DNA from: an uncultured bacterium
GTDB taxonomy: Bacteria > Bacillota_I > Bacilli_A > RFN20 > CAG-826
Reading direction: 5' to 3'
Assembly (NCBI GenBank): GCA_949299335.1
Contig: CASGAD010000017.1
Location: forward strand, 764-64,763
DNA: 64,000 nt
In this document: positions 37,612 through 46,831 of the stretch, piece after piece
Numbering within the stretch: position 1 is the stretch's first letter
Layout of the letters: each line of letters opens with the position of its first letter
The notes under the pieces: model-generated
Told to the model about the DNA's origin: nothing
The model's input: the letters and a program-made list of their open reading frames with translations, nothing else
Database searches by the model: none
Position numbers and translations under genes: made by a program

Positions 37612-38688
37612 ATGGATGGTATCGAAATAATATCGCTTTTAGTAACAATTATTTGTTTATTGAGTTTTTCAATAGTTTTTACTTTTCTTTTTAGACATTA
37701 TTATTTAAGTAATATTGACAAAGTGGTAAATGGACAATTTGATTTTGATTTGATTGATATGGCTGTAATTAGGGAACAAGAAAAAAATAACAAAAGTAAA
37801 AAAGTTTGGAATATCATTAAGAACGTTTTTAGTTATTTATTTCTTGCTATTGTGTTAATATTTTTTGGATTTTCTGTTTACTCTAGAGCAACAGGAAGTT
37901 TAATATCAGTCAATAATACAAGTTTAATTGTTATCGCAACGGGCTCTATGAGTAGCAAAAACAGCTATAATGATTATCTTTTTGATAGTGATTTAAGAGA
38001 AAAATATAACTTAGATAATCAATTTAAAGCCTATGATATTATTGGAATACAATCTTATGGTATTAATGAAGAACCACAATTATACGATGTAATAGCATTT
38101 CATGGCAAAGATGGACAAATTTATGTTCATAGGATTATAACAATTAATGATAATGGTTATGTTACTAGAGGTGATACAAACTCAATTAGCGATACAAATC
38201 AGTTATATGATGGCTATTTGCAAAAGGAAAATATAATTGGCTATTATAATGGAATTGATATACCAGCTGTAGGTATTTTTGTCGTTTTTCTCCAATCCAA
38301 TTCAGGAATTATTACAATTGTTTCAATCATATATTGTCTAATTATGTTTGAACATTTTAAAAATAAATACGAAGATGTAGCTGATAAACGTACTAAGTTG
38401 CTTTTGGAAACATTAGAATATAGTTTAGATACTGATGTTGAAGCTGAAAAGAAGATGTTAAAAGAAGATTTTGATTGTATTTTATTCAACGGATATAGAT
38501 TTACCTTCTCAAGTAATAAGTTAATAAAAAAGGAAGAACTTGGTAATGAAGAGTGCGCATTAGTAAGTGAGCATATAAAATCTTTTGACAATAATGACAA
38601 CAGCAAAGAAAAAAGTGGTAGTTCTGAGAATAGATTCTTAAATAAAATTAAAAAAGTTTTTAATAAAAATAAAACCAAAAAAGATTAA
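37612..38688 (+). CDS. sipW: SipW-type (S26B, ER/archaeal-type) signal peptidase I with extra N-terminal TM region and a roughly 110-aa C-terminal tail
   Basis: Catalytic-Ser box IVIATGSMSS, His box IYVHRIITI, and TRGDTNSISD. These align with B. subtilis SipW motifs (SGSMEP, THRV, KGDNN..D). A TM helix follows the catalytic domain as in SipW. 358 aa total. Confidence 0.8.
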   Translation: MDGIEIISLLVTIICLLSFSIVFTFLFRHYYLSNIDKVVNGQFDFDLIDMAVIREQEKNNKSKKVWNIIKNVFSYLFLAIVLIFFGFSVYSRATGSLISVNNTSLIVIATGSMSSKNSYNDYLFDSDLREKYNLDNQFKAYDIIGIQSYGINEEPQLYDVIAFHGKDGQIYVHRIITINDNGYVTRGDTNSISDTNQLYDGYLQKENIIGYYNGIDIPAVGIFVVFLQSNSGIITIVSIIYCLIMFEHFKNKYEDVADKRTKLLLETLEYSLDTDVEAEKKMLKEDFDCILFNGYRFTFSSNKLIKKEELGNEECALVSEHIKSFDNNDNSKEKSGSSENRFLNKIKKVFNKNKTKKD

Positions 38689-38708
38689 TTATATAAAGGA
38701 GAACTCAT

Positions 38709-40523
38709 ATGAAAACTCATTTTACAAGAAAGAACTTCATAGCAATAGCAATAATCTTTTTCTATGTATTGCTAGCGTTATTTAGTGGTCTTTGCATTGA
38801 TTCAATTAATCCTGTGTTGAAGGCAAATAATCCTATTCAAAAGATGGGATTAGCATTAGGATTTCCTGCTAATAATCCAGGATTCTGTGGATGGATATTT
38901 TTAGGGTGCGTTTCCCTTTATATCCTCATTTTTGCCGCAGCTTTTATATATGAAATGAGATTGGCAAAATACTATGAAAACAAAATTTTTACAAAAAAAT
39001 ACTCATTAATTTATCTATTAACTTTTTTAATTATATTTGGTGTTGGAATAGGGATTGCGTTAGCTGCTCAATATCCTTATGATCCTTCCTTTATGTTTAA
39101 TTCTTTCTTATTCGTAGTTGAGAGTTTGGTAATTGGGCTTTTAATTTTTCTCATCCTTGGATCAATTATAATGTTTGGCATCATGTTATATGTTAATTTT
39201 AAACATATCGATGAGCCATTTAGATTTTTTGGAAATAAAGTTAAAAATCAAGAACTTGATGAAGAAGCACAAGAGGAAGAAAATGAACAACTTCTTGAAG
39301 AACAGGGCAATCTTTCAGCTAGTTTTGGGGAAGCTTCTGGAAATGATAATAACTTTAATGGTGCTATTGCCGGTGGACAAGGAGGCAATGGTGAGGTTAA
39401 TCTCGGCAACGAAACAGTATTAAAAGATAAAGAGCGTGTATTTCCAGGATTATGCTCGATTGACTATTTCTCAATGTCAAAAGTGGACGAAGAATTTGAT
39501 GATGTTACCGACTTATCATTTTTATGTACTCAATTTAGAAATTATTTAGCAAAAAACGAAAAACTATATTTTGATATCGGAACAATAAGAGCTTTTATTT
39601 CAGGATTGGCGGCAAGTAGATTTATTATTCTTGAAGGTTTAAGTGGTACAGGTAAATCATCACTTGCTAGATACTTTAGCGATTTTATTGGAGAAGAGTC
39701 TTTCTTTGAGGCAGTACAAGCTACTTGGAGAGATAGAACGTCAATTCTCGGGTATTATAATGACTTTTCAAAAACTTATAATGAGACAGAATTTTTAAAG
39801 AGATTATATTCATCAACATTTAAGGATAATCATATAAATATAATGGTTCTAGATGAAGTCAATATTTCGAGAGTTGAGTATTATTTTGCAGACTTTTTGT
39901 CAATTTTAGAGTATCCAGTTGATAAGTGGGCTTTAAAAATTATGCAATTGCCATATGATTTTGATGCTCCTGAACATTTACAAGATGGTATATTAAAAAT
40001 TTCACCTAATACATGGTTTATTGGAACTGCGAATAAAGATGATTCAACATATACTATTACTGATAAAGTTTATGATAGAGCTATTACAATTTCTTTTGAT
40101 GACAGAAATGAACCTTTTGATGTGTTGGAAGATGTTAGTAAACTTAGAATTTCGTTTACTAAATTACAAGAATTATTTGCTGGAGCAACAAATAACGCTA
40201 AAAATAGATTGACAACGAGGGATTTAGAGAAATTTTCTATTATCACAAATTACACCTATGATACGTTCGATTTAACTTTCGGCAATAGAATTATGCGCCA
40301 AATCGAGACATTAGTACCAGTTTATGTCGCTTGTGGTGGCACAAAAGAAGAAGCTTTAGACTTTATGTTCTCTAAGAAAGTTCTTTCAAAACTTGATGGA
40401 AGATTTGAAGACTATATTAAAAAAGGTTTAACAAACCTAAAATCTCTTATTGAAAAAACCTATGGTGATGAATCGTTTAAATTATCAAAACATACAATCG
40501 ATAAATTAGTAAGAAAGTTATAG
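38709..40523 (+). CDS. McrB-family AAA+ GTPase fused to an N-terminal four-TM membrane domain
   Basis: AAGGAGA lies upstream of the ATG. Residues 1-165 form about 4 TM helices, followed by an acidic and G/N-rich linker. Walker A is EGLSGTGKSS. Walker B plus the McrB signature reads MVLDEVNISRVEYYFADFLSILE. The GTP-specificity-like segment is FIGTANKDDSTYTITDKVYDRA (NKxD). Confidence 0.7.
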   Translation: MKTHFTRKNFIAIAIIFFYVLLALFSGLCIDSINPVLKANNPIQKMGLALGFPANNPGFCGWIFLGCVSLYILIFAAAFIYEMRLAKYYENKIFTKKYSLIYLLTFLIIFGVGIGIALAAQYPYDPSFMFNSFLFVVESLVIGLLIFLILGSIIMFGIMLYVNFKHIDEPFRFFGNKVKNQELDEEAQEEENEQLLEEQGNLSASFGEASGNDNNFNGAIAGGQGGNGEVNLGNETVLKDKERVFPGLCSIDYFSMSKVDEEFDDVTDLSFLCTQFRNYLAKNEKLYFDIGTIRAFISGLAASRFIILEGLSGTGKSSLARYFSDFIGEESFFEAVQATWRDRTSILGYYNDFSKTYNETEFLKRLYSSTFKDNHINIMVLDEVNISRVEYYFADFLSILEYPVDKWALKIMQLPYDFDAPEHLQDGILKISPNTWFIGTANKDDSTYTITDKVYDRAITISFDDRNEPFDVLEDVSKLRISFTKLQELFAGATNNAKNRLTTRDLEKFSIITNYTYDTFDLTFGNRIMRQIETLVPVYVACGGTKEEALDFMFSKKVLSKLDGRFEDYIKKGLTNLKSLIEKTYGDESFKLSKHTIDKLVRKL

Positions 40524-40527
40524 TCAT

Positions 40528-41943
40528 ATGTTTAGAAAAACTTATTATTTAAAAGGATTTAATAAATTTATGTTTAGAAATTTTAAATCTAAGATGAGTT
40601 TTTCTATGCTTGAAGATTTTATTAAAAATAATAATATTGAGTTCTCAACTGTTTTTAACTATGAAGAAGTGCTTAAAGAATCAATAGAAATTAAACGTGT
40701 TGTCGACAAAATTTATTCAATAGTTTATAAGCCTCACATAAAAAGTGATATTGAAGAGGTTGTTTTAAGAAGTGAACAAGCAACATCTGTTTCTAATAGA
40801 AATTTTTTTGAAACAATAAAAGATCCGAAATTATGGAAATCAAAAGATAATGTAATGACTCCAGAATATGTTCATACAACAATAAACATTGATACAATTG
40901 ACACATACGAAAATCGATTTATCTCTTTATTGATAAGTTTACTTTCTGAAGAGCTTAAAGAGTTGTTGAGTGAGATGACTCCATTAATTCAACCATTTGA
41001 AGAAAAGATGGAATTGAACCTTTTAACATATGGTGAACATTCAATATTAAATGACTTCCCAGATAATGAAGTAATCGAGAATGTATTTACTGAAAATGAA
41101 TCCATTAAGGCAAAAGCTTATAAAACAGCAATTAAATTGTTTAAACGTATTAATATCTTAAAAGAGACAGAATTTTTTAGAATTACGTCAAAGCATAAGC
41201 CATTAGAAGTTATGCCTACAAACATCTTAATACATGATTCTTTATATAGTTATTGTTATAAATTTTATAAGAATATGTTACTTGATGATGAAAAAGATAA
41301 ATATTTGAATGATATTTATTATCATAATTATGTTGTAATTACATTAATCGACTATATTTTTAAAAATGTTAAAAAAATAGGTTCGACAATTAAAAATGCT
41401 AAATTATATTTTGATGAAAATGGCATGTTACATTTTGAAAAATTTAATTTTAGAAATGGAGCATTTAAATATTATATTGATGAAGTGTCAGACAATTATT
41501 TAAAGTGTGAAACTTTTTATTTAGGGAATGACCAAGTCAGTAAAAAAGAAACAAATATATATAAAAGTATTAACTACATTACTACAACTTATTCATTAAA
41601 TGATGAGTTTTATGCTAAATTTTATAACGACCATAAACTTAATGATTATGGATTGCTTGTTGTGACTTGCAAAAATATTTCAAAAAAGGTTGGAAATATA
41701 ATGACAATTTCGCCATATTATAACAATCACACTAGTTTAATAAGAAATTATTTTAAATCCCTGTCACTGCTATTTGACTGCGATGGAACTATATACGAAA
41801 ATGAATGTCCAGTATGCGGCAAAAAAGAAGTGGATTTCGAAACAAATGGATATATATGCCATAATTGTAAATCCAAGTATGCGATTCTAAATGAAAAAAA
41901 GAATTTACTATGGATACAGTCTTTTAGGAGGAAATCTGAATGA
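40528..41943 (+). CDS. McrB-partner-like protein (DUF2357/McrC-like N-terminal half suspected) with a C-terminal CxxC...CxxC zinc ribbon
   Basis: Sits immediately after the McrB-like gene (4-nt gap). IDTIDTYENRFISLLISLL resembles the D-T-x-E-N-R-F motif I associate with DUF2357-type McrB partners. The zinc ribbon is CPVCGKKEVDFETNGYICHNCKSKY. No clear PD-(D/E)xK motif was seen by eye. Confidence 0.45.
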   Translation: MFRKTYYLKGFNKFMFRNFKSKMSFSMLEDFIKNNNIEFSTVFNYEEVLKESIEIKRVVDKIYSIVYKPHIKSDIEEVVLRSEQATSVSNRNFFETIKDPKLWKSKDNVMTPEYVHTTINIDTIDTYENRFISLLISLLSEELKELLSEMTPLIQPFEEKMELNLLTYGEHSILNDFPDNEVIENVFTENESIKAKAYKTAIKLFKRINILKETEFFRITSKHKPLEVMPTNILIHDSLYSYCYKFYKNMLLDDEKDKYLNDIYYHNYVVITLIDYIFKNVKKIGSTIKNAKLYFDENGMLHFEKFNFRNGAFKYYIDEVSDNYLKCETFYLGNDQVSKKETNIYKSINYITTTYSLNDEFYAKFYNDHKLNDYGLLVVTCKNISKKVGNIMTISPYYNNHTSLIRNYFKSLSLLFDCDGTIYENECPVCGKKEVDFETNGYICHNCKSKYAILNEKKNLLWIQSFRRKSE

Positions 41944-42740
41944 ACGAAGAGAAAATTAATAATATTTTCGATGAAACCGATGAAAATATGACCATTTCAG
42001 ATATTAACATCCCTGAATATGTTTTAGAAGTTAAAGACTTATATAAAAGTTATGGAAGGAAAGATGTTTTAAAAGGACTAGATATTAGTGTAAAAAAAGG
42101 TGAAGTATTTGGATTTATTGGTAAAAATGGTATTGGTAAATCAACTACTATAGATTGTATTGTTGGTCTTAAAGAGCCAAATAGTGGTGATATTTTAATT
42201 TGTGGGAAGGATGCTAAAACTCAGCCTTTAGAAGCAAAGATGCTATTTGGCTATGTACCTAGCGAACCAACCACCTATGAAATGATGACTGGCAATGAGT
42301 ATTTACAATTTATTGCTTCAAGCTATGGTATGTTACAAAGTGCTTTTAACAAAAATTATGAGTTTTTATTAAAAAAATTTTCTATGAGTGTTATTGATAT
42401 GAATAGAAAAATAAAGGAATATTCTCATGGTATGAAACAAAAAATTTGCTTAATGGCGAGTTTAATTCATAATCCTAAATTATGGATATTGGATGAGCCA
42501 ACAGTGGGACTTGATATTATGGTTTATGAAGTTCTTTTAAAAATGATTAAGGACTTCGCATTATATGGCAAAACTGTTTTTATCACCTCACATAATATCG
42601 ATCTTGTTTCTAAAGTTTGTGATAGAGTAGCAATTATTAATAACGGAAAAGTTGAAGTCCTAATTGACTTAAATAAGGAACCATTAAAGAGAAGAGATTT
42701 ATCAAGAATTTTCTTAAATGTATATGGTAATCAAGAATGA
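41940..42740 (+). CDS. ABC transporter ATP-binding protein (ABC-2 exporter type)
   Basis: Walker A GKNGIGKST, signature-like YSHGMKQK, Walker B LWILDEPTVGLD, H-loop TSHN. An ATGA overlap with the upstream gene. Confidence 0.9.
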   Translation: MNEEKINNIFDETDENMTISDINIPEYVLEVKDLYKSYGRKDVLKGLDISVKKGEVFGFIGKNGIGKSTTIDCIVGLKEPNSGDILICGKDAKTQPLEAKMLFGYVPSEPTTYEMMTGNEYLQFIASSYGMLQSAFNKNYEFLLKKFSMSVIDMNRKIKEYSHGMKQKICLMASLIHNPKLWILDEPTVGLDIMVYEVLLKMIKDFALYGKTVFITSHNIDLVSKVCDRVAIINNGKVEVLIDLNKEPLKRRDLSRIFLNVYGNQE

Positions 42741-44347
42741 TGGTAATTGAATTAATAAGAAAAGAACATCTTGAAAGAAAAGAAGTAACATCAAAAAGCA
42801 AAGTTGCTAATATTTTCTCTTTACTATTAAAAGTTATATTTATTGGCTGTTTTATTGCTTTGGAGTGCTATATATTCTTTTCTTTAGACAAAAAAATAGA
42901 AAAATATTCCGAATATGGAACATTTGATTTTTTGGTCCTCTTTTTGTTTACAATGATGATTGTTAGTATTATTAGTTCGACAGTTAGAGCGAGGAAAACA
43001 CTTTTTAATCATTTAGACAATAATGTTCTTTTGCCGCTGCCAATTTCTACTGGAGAATTAATTTTTAGTAAAATTTTATACATCTATTTGCAAGAAGTTG
43101 TGACACATTTTATTGTTTCAACACCTATTTTAATTGTGTTTGGTTCTACTAGAATGTATATCCCTTACTTTTATGTATTTTCTATTTTATATCCATTACT
43201 AATTAGTTTATTTAGTGTAGGTTTAGCGTTGTTTTTTGTTGTAATATATCAGTTTATTTATCAATTAATTAAATTAAGTGATATAGTACAATTTATTTTA
43301 GCATCGATTTTAGTTATAGGATTGTGCTTCGTTTATCAAGTTGTTTTAAACTTATTTTTAAACGCACTAAGGGATTCAATGATTGGTGGTGTATTTGATA
43401 AAAACTTTATTGATTCATTGCATAACTCCTTATACTATCTTGTACCAATTTATTATTTGTTTGACTCTGTTATTAATGGCACAAACATTCTTTCTAATGT
43501 ATGTATTTTGCTTGGTTCAATCATCATTTCATTATCGTTAGGGGTTACGATTTCTAGTGTTGCATACATCAAATTAAGCAAAAATGAAATTGACTTATTT
43601 GTTAAAAGAGAAAATCAAAAAGAAATTAAAATGATTTCTCCATTTAGAATGTTATTAAAAAAAGAATTTGACATCATTTTTAAAGACAGTGGAAATATAT
43701 TTTCCTACACATCACTATTGATTATGGCTCCTTTTTTAACATATGTTGTTATTTCTAGTTTAAACACAGTCCTATATCAATCTTTAACTCAATTTTTAGT
43801 TTATTTTCCTGAGTTAATAAATGTCATTAACATCAGTTTAATAATATTATTCTCAAGTGTTATTAATAGCAGTGCATCATTATCAATGTCTCGTGAAGGA
43901 AGATGCATTCAAATAGTAAAATATATACCTATTTCACCTTTTAAACAAATATTAGCTAAATTAATAATACCAACTAGTTTATCTATTTTTTCTCTATTAA
44001 TTACTATAATTGTGATTGGAAGTTCTGGAGTAGTTTCTCCATTAGCAACATGCATGTCATTACTGATGGGTATTTTATTAATTGTTTCAAATAATATTTA
44101 TGCAATTTATATTGATATGCATGACCTAAGCGATTTCAATAATAAATTACTATTTATTAATGAATTAATATCAATAGGATTCCCTGTTTTAATCTTAACA
44201 TTTAACTTTTTAATGATTTTCTTTGGAGTCCCTTCTTATGGTATGTATCTATTATCAATTACTTTATATATAGTTTTATTTGTATCAAGTATTATTAAAA
44301 TGAAAAGTAGATCAACCAAACTTTTTAAAAGGATGGAGGTAAGATAA
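42737..44347 (+). CDS. polytopic membrane protein, presumed permease partner of the ABC ATPase
   Basis: 536 aa with at least 12 hydrophobic helices. An ATGA overlap with the ATPase gene. No named family recognised. Confidence 0.6.
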   Translation: MMVIELIRKEHLERKEVTSKSKVANIFSLLLKVIFIGCFIALECYIFFSLDKKIEKYSEYGTFDFLVLFLFTMMIVSIISSTVRARKTLFNHLDNNVLLPLPISTGELIFSKILYIYLQEVVTHFIVSTPILIVFGSTRMYIPYFYVFSILYPLLISLFSVGLALFFVVIYQFIYQLIKLSDIVQFILASILVIGLCFVYQVVLNLFLNALRDSMIGGVFDKNFIDSLHNSLYYLVPIYYLFDSVINGTNILSNVCILLGSIIISLSLGVTISSVAYIKLSKNEIDLFVKRENQKEIKMISPFRMLLKKEFDIIFKDSGNIFSYTSLLIMAPFLTYVVISSLNTVLYQSLTQFLVYFPELINVINISLIILFSSVINSSASLSMSREGRCIQIVKYIPISPFKQILAKLIIPTSLSIFSLLITIIVIGSSGVVSPLATCMSLLMGILLIVSNNIYAIYIDMHDLSDFNNKLLFINELISIGFPVLILTFNFLMIFFGVPSYGMYLLSITLYIVLFVSSIIKMKSRSTKLFKRMEVR

Positions 44348-46819
44348 ATGAAAAAGAAGACTCTTATTATTTTATTAATTATTCCTTTTGTTATTGGATT
44401 AATATCTTTTGTTAGCGTTGTTTTATTAAATATTACGGTTGCTAGTGATATTAGTGGAATTGATTTTGATTACCGTGAACAAGAAGGATTTAAAATTAGA
44501 GATGCTGGGTATGAATTAAAAGCTACTCCAGTAGTAAGTGACATATTAATTTTAGCACCTGATAATGATTTAATGTGGTATGTAAAAGAAGAGACTAATG
44601 TAGCTAAAATCGAAGAAGATGAAGAAAATAACTATTATTTATTTGCTTTAGAAGAAGGTGAATGTACAGTAGTTTGCTCAAACGTTAAAAAGAGCGTTCA
44701 AAGGGAATTTAAAGCTATAATTTATGAAAACGGAACAATATTAATTAATCCTACTAGAACTCAAAGCGGTCAACAAGTTGAATCAACTCGTTATTACGGA
44801 TTGTATGATTTAGAGTATGATGAAGTGAAAATGGATGGAGCTAAAAAGGTTAATTCAACTATTGAATTTGATATAGATGTCGTAGGAGACAATGTAAAAA
44901 CTGATAAGGTTAGTGTTTTAGATAAGAGTGATAATTTAACTTATTCAAATAATGTGATAACGATTAATTCTTATGCTGAGAATTCTTATGTGACTTTAGT
45001 AAGTGTTGATCAACCATTCATTTCTAATACATATACATTTAAACTTGTTAAAGATGGTGTAAATGTCTATGACTACAATGATTTATTAATGTGTACAAAC
45101 TTCTCAACTATTGGAGAAATTGTTGTTATGCAAACTTCTTTAGGAAGTTTAAGAGAAGTATATGTAGGAAAAGATGTTGAAATTGATTCCACATATACAA
45201 GCCAGGGCATTTATAAGTATGAAATAGATCCATCATTTACTAAAAAAAGTGGCAATATTAGTTTATTTGGTAATTATGATGAAAAGAGTGGAACATTTAA
45301 TTTTGCTAATGAATTAGTTTATATTGAAACTAGCTATAACCATAAATTTATAGATGATTATAACGCAAATCGCGGGACAAATATTTCTACAGAAGTAAAG
45401 GTAGGCATAAAAGTACAAAAAGATTTCTATGGAAATGGTTTTTCAATCAATATGAATAATTTATGTTTCCCAAATAATGGTAGTATTGACATCAATCTTA
45501 AAAAGTTAGCGCCTGATTATGAAAAAGATTATTTCTTTGGCCCACTTGCTTTCGTGACAATAGGAGATCCTAGTGGGAACCAGCCATTTGTTAAAGCTTA
45601 TGGTCAAGACAATGCCGGAATGATGCTTAAAGGAAATGGAATTATAGTCAACGACTTAAGAATACAAAATATTGATGATAACTCTAATAAACGCAACTAT
45701 GCTTTTACTGGAACTGTTATTGAAGTAAAAGGTGATGACATAACAATTAAAAATTCAACTGTTAAATTAGGCAAGAATTTAATTAGTGCCTTCGATACTA
45801 AAAATCTCACTATTAAAAATTGCATTTTAACTAGAAGTAGCGAATTTAATTTAAAAGTAGGCAGTAATCAAATTATGCCTTATGATAACAGTAAAGTCAT
45901 TGATGTCACAATTGGTGGCACAAAATATAGTGTCCCATTTGATGAATTCTTTGATATTAATTCAACTAACATTGCTTCAGCTAATATGATTTTGGAAGAG
46001 TTTCTTGGTGCAGGCAATGGAATTTTCTTAAATCAAAGAGAAATGTTTGAATCATTAAGAATTTTGCAAAATGCTTTAAATAATGAATCTTATGATGAAG
46101 ACATATATGCTAGCGAAGTCATTGTTGAAGATGTCTTGTTTGATGACTCTGGATTATTTTCAATAGGTTTAGAAACTGAATTTAATGGGCCTTTTTTGTA
46201 CAATGGTGGTTCCCAAACTTTAGTTTCGACATTAGGCGGAATGCTGCAAAGTGACATACCAAATAAGATAGGTGGAACATCTCTTCCTTCTAAAGTTACA
46301 ATTAAAGGAAAGACAAAATTCTATGATTGGAAAAAGTATACCGATATCGATACAACCAGTTTAATAGAAGAGAGAATTTCTGTTTTTGCATCAAGTGCAT
46401 TGGGACAAGATATCGAACTCTCAATCGATGACTTCTTTCCAATGAAACCTATATTAAAGGATATGTGTAAATCAAAAGGATATATTTATACTAAAGATAA
46501 TGAAGAATATATTAATACAATAATTGCGTATTATGGAGGAGGATTAAATAATTCAATTGTAATAAAAGAGATTGAAAATGCTGAAAATACTTTTAGCGAT
46601 GACATATATGTTGATTTATTGACTAATATCGATAAATATGTTGCATCAATAGATGGTGGAAGAATTGATTCTCTAATTAAAATCTTATCTAAATGTGTTC
46701 TTTTTGCAGCAGGCTTTGAGCCTTTTAAATTTATTACAAATGGAAAAGTGACACAAAATGTTGACCCTGAATTATTTAACGAAAATCCACAAATAAGCGA
46801 TTTAAAAGCTAATTTATAA
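44348..46819 (+). CDS. 823-aa membrane-anchored or exported protein with Ig-like and parallel beta-helix-like regions
   Basis: The start abuts the previous stop (TAAATG). The N-terminal helix ends IGLISFVSV, a variant of the locus motif. NLTIKNCILTRSSEFNLKVGSN and ITIKNSTVKLGKN resemble PbH1 repeats. Confidence 0.6.
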   Translation: MKKKTLIILLIIPFVIGLISFVSVVLLNITVASDISGIDFDYREQEGFKIRDAGYELKATPVVSDILILAPDNDLMWYVKEETNVAKIEEDEENNYYLFALEEGECTVVCSNVKKSVQREFKAIIYENGTILINPTRTQSGQQVESTRYYGLYDLEYDEVKMDGAKKVNSTIEFDIDVVGDNVKTDKVSVLDKSDNLTYSNNVITINSYAENSYVTLVSVDQPFISNTYTFKLVKDGVNVYDYNDLLMCTNFSTIGEIVVMQTSLGSLREVYVGKDVEIDSTYTSQGIYKYEIDPSFTKKSGNISLFGNYDEKSGTFNFANELVYIETSYNHKFIDDYNANRGTNISTEVKVGIKVQKDFYGNGFSINMNNLCFPNNGSIDINLKKLAPDYEKDYFFGPLAFVTIGDPSGNQPFVKAYGQDNAGMMLKGNGIIVNDLRIQNIDDNSNKRNYAFTGTVIEVKGDDITIKNSTVKLGKNLISAFDTKNLTIKNCILTRSSEFNLKVGSNQIMPYDNSKVIDVTIGGTKYSVPFDEFFDINSTNIASANMILEEFLGAGNGIFLNQREMFESLRILQNALNNESYDEDIYASEVIVEDVLFDDSGLFSIGLETEFNGPFLYNGGSQTLVSTLGGMLQSDIPNKIGGTSLPSKVTIKGKTKFYDWKKYTDIDTTSLIEERISVFASSALGQDIELSIDDFFPMKPILKDMCKSKGYIYTKDNEEYINTIIAYYGGGLNNSIVIKEIENAENTFSDDIYVDLLTNIDKYVASIDGGRIDSLIKILSKCVLFAAGFEPFKFITNGKVTQNVDPELFNENPQISDLKANL

Positions 46820-46831
46820 GAGGTAAAAGTT

